Assembly: GCA_047651235.1 (NCBI GenBank)
Contig: CP178758.1
Location: 720,001 to 752,000, forward strand
Direction of reading: 5' to 3'
Origin: Candidatus Electrothrix yaqonensis
Lineage (GTDB): Bacteria > Desulfobacterota > Desulfobulbia > Desulfobulbales > Desulfobulbaceae
Length of the DNA: 32,000 nucleotides
This document shows, in pieces, positions 13,754 to 20,471 of this stretch. A model generated the notes under the pieces. That model had not been told where the DNA came from. It saw nothing but the letters and a program-made list of their open reading frames with translations, and ran no database searches. Each line of letters starts with the position of its first letter. Position 1 is the stretch's first letter. Made by a program: the position numbers and the translations under genes.

Positions 13754-14671
13754 ATGAAAATCCATACCGTTATGACACTGCTGCTGAGTGCTCTATTTAC
13801 TGCTGCCGGAGCACATGCTGCGCCCATGCAGGTTTTTGTTTCCATTGCGCCGCAGAAATGGCTGGTCGATCGGGTGGGCGGAGAACTGGTGGATACGCAT
13901 ATTTTGCTGGATAAAGGCCAGGATCCGCATCTTTATCAGCCCACTCCTGAAAAGCTGACCGCCTTATTCCGTTCCCGCCTTTATTTAATCGCAGGTATGC
14001 CGTTTGAGCAGGAGATCGCTCGAAAGATTGCCTCCGACACCGGCGTCCGGATCATCGACGTGACAGAGGGTATCCGTAAAGTCCCCATGATCGAGCATGA
14101 TGGCCATAACGATCCTGACAAAAATGAGCATGACCAGCATGAGGAACATCAGCACGAAGATCCGGAAGATCAGCATGACCATCTTGATCCGCACGTCTGG
14201 CTTGCTCCGCTCAACCTCCGGCAGATGGCAAAAAATACGGCAGCAGCTCTGGCAGACGCGGACCCGGAAAATGGCGCCGTGTACCGGCAGAACCTGCAGA
14301 CCGTTACCGAACAGCTTACCCGGCTGCATAAGGAGATCAGTAAGCAGCTCGCCCCCTTCCGTGGGGCTGCTTTTTTTGTCTTTCATCCTGCTTTCGGGTA
14401 TTTTGCCCATGCCTACGGCCTGCATCAGGAAGCTGTGGAAACAGAAGGAAAAGCGCCTTCAGCAAAGCAGCTCTACGCTCTTGTCCGACAGGCAAGAAAG
14501 AAGAAGGTGAAGGTGCTTTTTGTCCAGCCCCAATTTGACCGGAAAAACGCTCATACAGTGGCGCAGGCTATTCACGGCACCCTTGTCGAGCTTGATCCCC
14601 TGGCAGAAGACGTTGAACAGAATCTCCGGCTGATGGCTGACCGCATCAGTGCTGCCCTGACCCCGCAGTAG
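13754..14671 (+). CDS. znuA: Periplasmic metal-binding protein of a cluster A-I ABC importer, Zn-type (ZnuA-like) with a His/Asp/Glu-rich loop
   Basis: It has a signal peptide (cleavage after AHA), family motifs DPHLYQPTP and DPHVWL...FHPAFGYF, and a long acidic/His loop (EHDGHNDPDKNEHDQHEEHQHEDPEDQHDH) characteristic of zinc-specific members. Confidence 0.8.
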   Translation: MKIHTVMTLLLSALFTAAGAHAAPMQVFVSIAPQKWLVDRVGGELVDTHILLDKGQDPHLYQPTPEKLTALFRSRLYLIAGMPFEQEIARKIASDTGVRIIDVTEGIRKVPMIEHDGHNDPDKNEHDQHEEHQHEDPEDQHDHLDPHVWLAPLNLRQMAKNTAAALADADPENGAVYRQNLQTVTEQLTRLHKEISKQLAPFRGAAFFVFHPAFGYFAHAYGLHQEAVETEGKAPSAKQLYALVRQARKKKVKVLFVQPQFDRKNAHTVAQAIHGTLVELDPLAEDVEQNLRLMADRISAALTPQ

Positions 14672-14680
14672 GCTGCTGTT

Positions 14681-15436
14681 ATGCCTGATGCCGCAGTCCA
14701 AATCCAGGATCTCAGCTTTTCCTATGGTGATTTTCATGTACTCACCGATGTCCATCTGGATATTTTCCTCCAGGATTCCGCCTGTATTGTCGGGCCGAAC
14801 GGCGGCGGCAAGACAACGCTGATCAAACTGATCCTCGGTATGCTGGAGCCGGACAGGGGTACAGTGCGCGTTTTCGGCAAAGCAGCGGGCAGGGACCCGG
14901 CCAGAATCGGCTATGTGCCCCAATATGCCCGTTATGATGTCAAATTTCCGATTTCTGTCCAGGAAGTGGTCAGCATGGGACGGCTGGGCAGTTCGCTCAG
15001 CGGCCGCTACACCCGGCACGACAGGGAAATTGCCATGACCTCACTGGAAGCGGTCGATCTGACCGATCTTGCCCGGCGGCCCTTTGCTGCGCTTTCCGGA
15101 GGGCAGCGTCAGCGGGTGCTCATCGCCCGTGCCCTTGCTTCGGAAGGAGATATTCTGATTCTTGATGAACCGACCGCCAGTCTTGACCGTGAATCGGAAC
15201 AGCATTTGCTGGCGTTACTTGCGGAACTGAACAAAAAAACAACGATCCTGATGGTGACCCATGAAATAGGGGTCTCCTCTTCCTTTTTCCGGCGGATCAT
15301 TTGTGTCAACAATCAGGTCTATGTTCATCCGACCAGCGAGCTGACCGGCGAACTGCTTCGTAATATATACGGCGGCGATCTGCGGATGATCCGGCATGAT
15401 CATCGCTGTTGTCCGGGAGGACATGAGCATGACTGA
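14681..15436 (+). CDS. znuC: Metal ABC transporter ATP-binding protein (ZnuC-like) with a Cys/His-rich C-terminal tail
   Basis: Walker A GPNGGGKTT, signature LSGGQRQR, Walker B ILILDEP. The tail reads RMIRHDHRCCPGGHEHD. Confidence 0.85.
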   Translation: MPDAAVQIQDLSFSYGDFHVLTDVHLDIFLQDSACIVGPNGGGKTTLIKLILGMLEPDRGTVRVFGKAAGRDPARIGYVPQYARYDVKFPISVQEVVSMGRLGSSLSGRYTRHDREIAMTSLEAVDLTDLARRPFAALSGGQRQRVLIARALASEGDILILDEPTASLDRESEQHLLALLAELNKKTTILMVTHEIGVSSSFFRRIICVNNQVYVHPTSELTGELLRNIYGGDLRMIRHDHRCCPGGHEHD

Positions 15437-16298
15437 GCTGCTGGCCGCGCTTTTTGATCCTGATCTGCCGTTTCTCCGTTATGCCCTGATCACCGGTCTG
15501 CTGGCCTCCATCTCCTTCGGCGTAATCGGTACCTTTGTCGTTGTCCGACGGATCAGCTATATTGCCGGAGCCATCTCGCACTGTGTGCTGGCAGGCGTCG
15601 GCGGCGGACTCTATCTGCAGACTGTTGCCGGTATTCCCTGGTTCACGCCGATTCACGGGGCTGTTACGGTTGCCCTGCTGGCAGCCCTGCTCCTGACTTG
15701 GGTCAGCCGACATGCGGGCCAGCGGGAGGACTCGGTGATCGGGGCGCTCTGGGCGGGAGGAATGTCCATCGGTTTTCTTTTCATTGCCGTAACACCGGGG
15801 TACTTTGATCCGATGTCCTACCTGTTCGGCAATATCCTGCTGATCAGCAGAAACGACATCTTTTTTGTGATTGCGCTGGATATCGTGATTCTCCTGGTCG
15901 TCGGTATTTTTTACAATAAACTGCTCGCCATCTGTTTTGATGAGGAGTATACGGAGCTGCGCGGGGTGCATACCCGGTGGTTGTATATGCTGCTCCTCTG
16001 CCTGACTGCCCTGACCATTGTTCTGCTTATCCGTATTGTCGGCATTATCATGGTGATTGCCCTGCTGACCCTGCCGGCGGCAATTGCCGGAAATATGGCC
16101 TCCGGTATCCGCCAGATGATGTTGATCGCCACGCTGCTCTGCGCCGTATTTATAGTTGCCGGTCTCGGGGTCAGTTTTTCTCTGAATCTGCCCGGGGGTT
16201 CGGTTATTATTTTAATTGCAACATGCTCCTATCTGTTGAGCACAATAATTCATATGCACAGAAAGCAGAAAGGATATTCTGCCAAAAAAGGACGCTGA
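15429..16298 (+). CDS. znuB: Metal ABC transporter permease (ZnuB-like)
   Basis: Polytopic protein of the ABC-3 family type (LITGLLASISFGVIGTFVVVRRISYIAGAISH..., LTLPAAIA). GGGAGGA precedes ATG 15423/15429, and the start overlaps the znuC stop. Confidence 0.8.
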   Translation: MTELLAALFDPDLPFLRYALITGLLASISFGVIGTFVVVRRISYIAGAISHCVLAGVGGGLYLQTVAGIPWFTPIHGAVTVALLAALLLTWVSRHAGQREDSVIGALWAGGMSIGFLFIAVTPGYFDPMSYLFGNILLISRNDIFFVIALDIVILLVVGIFYNKLLAICFDEEYTELRGVHTRWLYMLLLCLTALTIVLLIRIVGIIMVIALLTLPAAIAGNMASGIRQMMLIATLLCAVFIVAGLGVSFSLNLPGGSVIILIATCSYLLSTIIHMHRKQKGYSAKKGR

Positions 16299-16396
16299 TA
16301 AAAAAACTTGAGTATTTGAAAGAATTCCTATACCATGCGTATAAGAAAAAAAGAAAGAAAAAAACTGTATTGTTTTATTCCTCAGGAGGTGACGAT

Positions 16397-16564
16397 ATGA
16401 TAAAAATCAAAAGACTACTGCTGGTCCCGTTGCTTGCCGCTCTTTTGCTGTTAAGCGGATGTTACTATTATCCTCCCGGCCCGACATCCCGGTCAGTCCA
16501 TACATATTCCTCGTCAAATCACGTTGTCCGGACGTCAACCTACTACGGGGACATGCACCGATAA
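16397..16564 (+). CDS. Small lipoprotein (55 aa), paralogous at its N-terminus to the next gene
   Basis: AGGAGGT RBS. Signal peptide plus lipobox LLSGC. The mature start YYYPPGPTSRSVHTYSSS matches APYPGPTSRSVHTYTST of the next ORF. It lies inside the longer track ORF 15977-16564. Confidence 0.6.
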   Translation: MIKIKRLLLVPLLAALLLLSGCYYYPPGPTSRSVHTYSSSNHVVRTSTYYGDMHR

Positions 16565-16610
16565 AAAATACAAAGATGTATTAATCAATAATGCAGGAGA
16601 TGAAGAACTC

Positions 16611-17657
16611 ATGAAGATTGTCCAATTGCTGCTGACTCCCGTGCTTGCTGCCGGTCTGCTGGCCGGTTGCGCACCGTACCCAGGTCCGACGTCACGATCA
16701 GTTCATACGTATACCTCGACAACCCAGTCAGTGTCCACCTCCACGCACTCCGGCAACAGAAGAGTGATGCGTCGTACCTATGCCCCCACGCGCCGCAGTC
16801 ATTCACCGAGAGTCCGTACGTATTCTCCGGTGGTTCGCCGCACCTACTCTCCGACTGTCCGGACGTATTCTCCGGTGGTTCGCCGCACCTACTCTCCGAC
16901 TGTCCGGACGTATTCTCCGGTGGTGCGTCGTACCTATTCCCCGAAAGCCCGGATCTATTCACCAGTGGTTCGCCGTACCTACTCTCCGACTGTCCGGACG
17001 TATTCATCATCACCCCGCTATGTTTCACCGTCACGGTATATCAGAACACGGTATCGCAGCAGGGCTGTGACAGAGACTCCGGCAATAAAGGTTACTGTGC
17101 CTTCCGTTGTCAGGACACCGACATCGCGGACAGTTGTTCAGTCAACAATCACTACACCGGCAACCAAGACATACAGCCCGACAACCAGGATTTATTCACC
17201 GGCAGCCACCAGGACATACACACCGAAAACCAGGGTTTATTCACCGGCAGCCACTATGACGCCATCTGAAATACCTAAATATACTCCGGATTATATCCCA
17301 GGATACAAGAAGATATCATCCAGGTATACAAACGGATACAGCAGCAGATATTATCCGCGTCCGCTTCCGAAACCTACACGGATTTCACCGGCAGTCATCA
17401 ACAGGATGCCATCTGTTACTTTGCCGCCGATGAGAAGGTATATCCCTCCCCCAGCACCGAAGTATGTACCCGGATACAAGACAATAACATCCAAGTATAC
17501 AACCGGATACAGCAGCAGATATTATCCGCGTCCGCTTCCGAAACCTACACGGATCTATCGGGTTCCGGAGCCGGAACCGGAACCGGACTACTGTCCGCCG
17601 GAATCGGAAAACCCTGACTACTGTCCGCCTGAGCCGGACCCTGACTGCTGTCCGTAA
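16611..17657 (+). CDS. Highly basic, repetitive Arg/Thr/Tyr/Ser/Pro-rich lipoprotein with an acidic Cys-Pro C-terminal tail
   Basis: It has an RBS-like AGGAGA and the lipobox LLAGC. About 4.4 copies of the 15-aa unit VRTYSPVVRRTYSPT are followed by two 57-aa-spaced repeats (GYSSRYYPRPLPKPTRI) and the tail PEPEPEPDYCPPESENPDYCPPEPDPDCCP. No family recognised. Confidence 0.65.
   Translation: MKIVQLLLTPVLAAGLLAGCAPYPGPTSRSVHTYTSTTQSVSTSTHSGNRRVMRRTYAPTRRSHSPRVRTYSPVVRRTYSPTVRTYSPVVRRTYSPTVRTYSPVVRRTYSPKARIYSPVVRRTYSPTVRTYSSSPRYVSPSRYIRTRYRSRAVTETPAIKVTVPSVVRTPTSRTVVQSTITTPATKTYSPTTRIYSPAATRTYTPKTRVYSPAATMTPSEIPKYTPDYIPGYKKISSRYTNGYSSRYYPRPLPKPTRISPAVINRMPSVTLPPMRRYIPPPAPKYVPGYKTITSKYTTGYSSRYYPRPLPKPTRIYRVPEPEPEPDYCPPESENPDYCPPEPDPDCCP
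16812..17009 (+). repeat. Tandem 45-bp coding repeat (about 4.4 copies) inside the lipoprotein gene
   Basis: Copies start at 16812, 16857, 16902, 16947 and 16992 (partial). Copies 1 and 2 differ at a single nucleotide. Confidence 0.9.
17334..17554 (+). repeat. Two exact 50-nt copies 171 nt apart inside the lipoprotein gene
   Basis: GGATACAGCAGCAGATATTATCCGCGTCCGCTTCCGAAACCTACACGGAT occurs at 17334-17383 and again at 17505-17554. Confidence 0.9.
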
Positions 17658-17691
17658 AAATTTTCCGCTATCCTCCAAAAAAGGTGAACGT

Positions 17692-17934
17692 ATGAAAAAA
17701 GTCACAATTTTTCTTTTTCTGGCAATTTCGGCGATGATACTCAGCGGCTGTTATGTCTCACCGTATCATTACCGGAATTACCGTCCCTATGCAAAAGCAA
17801 AAGGCTACCGATGTCCGCCTCCGATGAAGATAGATAAAAAAGCGGAATACAAACCGGAATGTGAGACTGAATGTGAAGAATGTGAACCTGAGTACAAACC
17901 GGTCTGCCGACCGACTTGTGTTTATTCACCGTAA
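17692..17934 (+). CDS. Small Cys/Glu/Tyr/Pro-rich lipoprotein (80 aa)
   Basis: Lipobox ILSGC. The mature part is YVSPYHYRNYRPY...YRCPPP...KPECETECEECEPEYKPVCRPTCVYSP, with 6 Cys beyond the lipobox Cys. Confidence 0.6.
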   Translation: MKKVTIFLFLAISAMILSGCYVSPYHYRNYRPYAKAKGYRCPPPMKIDKKAEYKPECETECEECEPEYKPVCRPTCVYSP

Positions 17935-17962
17935 TGCGATAAAGTCGGTTTCTATAACGGGG

Positions 17963-17981
17963 AGCCCTGTTCAGCAGGGCT
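17963..17981 (+). other. Short stem-loop between lipoprotein genes 3 and 4
   Basis: AGCCCTG-TTCAG-CAGGGCT forms a 7-bp stem. No clear U-tract follows. Confidence 0.3.
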
Positions 17982-18019
17982 GATACCCTTTACTTTTATC
18001 CTTCCCACAAGGTGAGACC

Positions 18020-18211
18020 ATGAAAAAAATGACCTTGTTCCTTGCTCTGGCAGTCACAGCCGGTATGCTCGGCGGATGTTGTTTCCCGCCACCTTATCAT
18101 CATCCGGGTGTAATGCGTCCGGCGTCCTATCGGCATCCGAGACCGAGGGTGATTGTACCTGCGCCGAGAGTTCCTGCTCCGGCAGCACCGTGTCTTTTCT
18201 GCTATCCATAA
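18020..18211 (+). CDS. Small Pro/His/Arg-rich lipoprotein (63 aa) with a C-terminal CxxC
   Basis: AAGGTGAG RBS. Lipobox MLGGC followed by a second Cys. The mature part is FPPPYHHPGVMRPASYRHPRPRVIVPAPRVPAPAAPCLFCYP. Confidence 0.55.
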   Translation: MKKMTLFLALAVTAGMLGGCCFPPPYHHPGVMRPASYRHPRPRVIVPAPRVPAPAAPCLFCYP

Positions 18212-18219
18212 ACAGAACA

Positions 18220-18267
18220 GGGTGCACGGAAAAAGAGCAGCAGGCTCACAAACGTTTCCGTGTACCC
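18220..18267 (+). other. 13-bp stem-loop just downstream of the lipoprotein quartet (possible terminator or RNA-stabilising hairpin without a U-tract)
   Basis: GGGTGCACGGAAA (18220-18232) pairs with TTTCCGTGTACCC (18255-18267) with one G-U pair. The loop is 22 nt. Confidence 0.35.
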
Positions 18268-18376
18268 GGCCTTTGCTCTCAGTTTCCTGTCACACAATAT
18301 ATTCCTTACTTTCCCCGCCTCTGACCGCCATCCTCTTGTACTTTTTATTTTTTTTTCAGGAATTGTAAATTACAGT

Positions 18377-18406
18377 TTGACTTTTCAGGTCCAACACGGA
18401 TAATAT
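18377..18406 (+). promoter_or_regulatory. Putative sigma70-type promoter for the carbonic-anhydrase-like gene
   Basis: TTGACT at 18377-18382, a 16-nt spacer, then GATAAT at 18399-18404 (alternatively TAATAT at 18401-18406). It lies about 100 nt upstream of ATG 18503, which has an AAGGAGGA RBS. Confidence 0.4.
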
Positions 18407-18502
18407 GCGCCAACAGATGAGGTGAATTCTGAAGATTTCAACTGAGCACTGAACTGAAACAGAACCAGACGAATATTAATTAATGGAAAAGGAGGAATTC
18501 CT

Positions 18503-19345
18503 ATGCACTTCAAAAAAACACTTCAGACCCTGATTGTCCTGTCTTCTGCTGCAGGATTGCTTGCAACAACAGGTATTGCAAAGGAACAGGAGCAGCATAC
18601 TGCTCCTGCCGAGACATCGGGAAAAATCTGTGAAGGCTACGGTCCGCAGACACCGAGAGATATCGACAGCAAATCAGGAAAGAATGAGCGGCTTTTTTCT
18701 CTTGCTCCTGACTATAAGGAGATGAATCTGTGCAATATTCATTTTCACGTTAATGCCGAGCATAAAGCAAAGGACTTCTCCCTTTATGCTGGGGAAGGTG
18801 AGCATGGACATGGCGGGGGATATCAGTGCAATGACACAAAAACATTATCCGAGAAAGAACTTGCTCCGACAAAGCTTTCAGGGTGTGAAGGCGTAAAACC
18901 CGGAGATACCATTGAGGTGCATTGGGTACACAGTTCCTGCGATGTGAAACCGGGGAAAGGACTCGGTTCCTGCCTGTCCGAAAGCTGTAATAATCCGAAC
19001 CTGCGGGTAGAAACTCAGGTCTTTCTGGTGGTAAATGATCCGGAAGCTGTAGACTTTAATGATCTGTCCTATGGCGGTAATATGGTGGACGGGTTACATC
19101 AGGCAAAGGCTCTGCCGACCGATACCGGCGATTCCGTGGTTTTCCTGGGTTCCACAACCGGTCCCAGCTATACGGAAGAACAATGTTCTCCTTTTCAGGT
19201 TACTTGGAGCGTTCGTCCGCAATGCGCCAAAATCGACATCAACACCCTGCATAAATGGTGCGAGAACAACGTATTCGAAGAGGATCATGCGCATGGCGTC
19301 AGACAGCTCGTAAAAGATCCGAGCCTTCTGTCTGAAATCAAATAA
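18503..19345 (+). CDS. Secreted carbonic-anhydrase-like zinc protein (non-canonical; possibly delta-class-like)
   Basis: It has a signal peptide. The His triad arrangement NIHFHVNAEHK ... IEVHWVHSS resembles the alpha-CA H-x-H / H ligand geometry, but the spacing does not fit the alpha-CA signature. Class assignment is from memory and unverified. Confidence 0.5.
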   Translation: MHFKKTLQTLIVLSSAAGLLATTGIAKEQEQHTAPAETSGKICEGYGPQTPRDIDSKSGKNERLFSLAPDYKEMNLCNIHFHVNAEHKAKDFSLYAGEGEHGHGGGYQCNDTKTLSEKELAPTKLSGCEGVKPGDTIEVHWVHSSCDVKPGKGLGSCLSESCNNPNLRVETQVFLVVNDPEAVDFNDLSYGGNMVDGLHQAKALPTDTGDSVVFLGSTTGPSYTEEQCSPFQVTWSVRPQCAKIDINTLHKWCENNVFEEDHAHGVRQLVKDPSLLSEIK

Positions 19346-19389
19346 AGCTGCTTTTCTGCGCTGTTCAATAAGCAATAACCTCACTAAAT

Positions 19390-19427
19390 AAAGCCTGCTT
19401 TCCCGGATAAGGGGAGCAGGCTTTTTT
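19390..19427 (+). terminator. Rho-independent terminator
   Basis: AAGCCTGCT...AGCAGGCTT stem, extendable through TCCC/GGGA, followed by TTTTTT. Confidence 0.8.
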
Positions 19428-19547
19428 GTGGGCTAAGATCGATCACCCGGTCGCCGACTGTGACCTCCGCTCTGCCCCGCTGTTTGTGCAGATCGATGTG
19501 CCCGCTCTGCTCATCAGTTCATTCATAATATCGATATTTTTGAATAC

Positions 19548-19683
19548 CAATGGTTCGGTAAATAATTTTTAGTTCAGCAATTTCAAGATGTTAATCGAAA
19601 CAAACAGAGATGGTTAACCGCAATAATTTTAAACAGTTACCATCAAATAGCTGTCCGGAATAAGAAAAGTTACCGAACCATTG
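19548..19683. repeat. AT-rich intergenic element with nested inverted repeats
   Basis: CAATGGTTCGGTAA (19548-19561) is the perfect reverse complement of TTACCGAACCATTG (19670-19683). Nested inside are GATGGTTAAC and GTTACCATC (imperfect). Confidence 0.7.
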
Positions 19684-19721
19684 TTAAAGATCGCCCTTCC
19701 ATTTGACCGCAGGAAAAAAGC

Positions 19722-19751
19722 ATTGACAGATACGGCAGCCGCTGAGTATTT
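19722..19751 (+). promoter_or_regulatory. Putative sigma70-type promoter
   Basis: TTGACA at 19722-19727, an 18-nt spacer, then TATTTT at 19746-19751. It lies upstream of the 19826 gene. Confidence 0.35.
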
Positions 19752-19825
19752 TGCATAGGAGGTAAACGCAACGACGCACAGGTTATGATGCATTATTCAG
19801 GAGATATCCAAAAGGAGGAATGTTC

Positions 19826-20359
19826 ATGCAAAATAAGAGAAACAAGACAAAACAGAGAGTACGCATTAAAACTATAAAAATAGCTCTCGCCGGTTGTCTG
19901 GCCCTGCTATGCACAAGTACTGTAACGGCGGTGGCAGCGGATGCCGTGCAGAGCCAAGTGACTCCCGAAGAATTCCAGCAGGCTCTCAACAAAGTAAAAA
20001 CAGAATTAAAAAAAGAATCTGCGGCACCGGGAAACACGGCTCCTGCGTCCGCCTCTGGTCAGGCGGCAGCCGGAGTTCAGGTTCCAATTCCGGCTTCGCA
20101 AATGAATGCAGAGGGAATAAAGGGACTGAAGCTGGACCAGGAAACGATCACCAAGATGCAGGAAAGTATAATGCAAAGTATGGCAAGCTCCGATATGGTC
20201 GGGGAAATGCAAAAAAAGGTTATGGCCGAGCGCATGCAGAGCCTGCAGAACAGCAATGCCCTGCAGGGCAAAATTCAATCGACCATGCAGGACAGTATGC
20301 AAAGGCCCGCTCAGAAAGACGCCGAGGTCAACAGCACAAGTCCGCCTGTCAATCAGTAG
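19826..20359 (+). CDS. Secreted Met/Gln-rich protein (function unknown)
   Basis: AAGGAGGA RBS, best spaced for ATG 19826 (the track uses 19820). The signal peptide ends AVA|ADA. The C-terminal half is rich in Met and Gln (MQESIMQSMASSDMVGEMQKKVMAERMQSLQ...STMQDSMQ). Confidence 0.6.
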   Translation: MQNKRNKTKQRVRIKTIKIALAGCLALLCTSTVTAVAADAVQSQVTPEEFQQALNKVKTELKKESAAPGNTAPASASGQAAAGVQVPIPASQMNAEGIKGLKLDQETITKMQESIMQSMASSDMVGEMQKKVMAERMQSLQNSNALQGKIQSTMQDSMQRPAQKDAEVNSTSPPVNQ

Positions 20360-20362
20360 TTG

Positions 20363-20393
20363 AATCAGCAGAGGGTAACCGCTGATTTTTTTT
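20363..20393 (+). terminator. Rho-independent terminator
   Basis: AATCAGC-(11 nt)-GCTGATT followed by TTTTTTT. Confidence 0.75.
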
Positions 20394-20471
20394 CCTCTCT
20401 GTAGGGAAGAAGGAATGATCGGCATAAATCGGCATGACGCCCGTTCATGCCGATACATAATTTCGTTGAAT

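Noticed and set aside
16667-17269. Alternative-frame ORFs through the lipoprotein repeat region (16667-17269 plus, 16780-17070 plus, 16609-17034 minus)
   Set aside because: Repeats keep all frames open. Only the 16611 frame has an RBS, a signal peptide with lipobox, and an N-terminal motif shared with the upstream lipoprotein.
18076-18368. Two small + strand ORFs (82 and 71 aa) in the gap after the fourth lipoprotein gene
   Set aside because: They overlap each other and the lipoprotein gene in other frames. They lack an RBS and signal features, and they span the hairpin and promoter region of the next gene.
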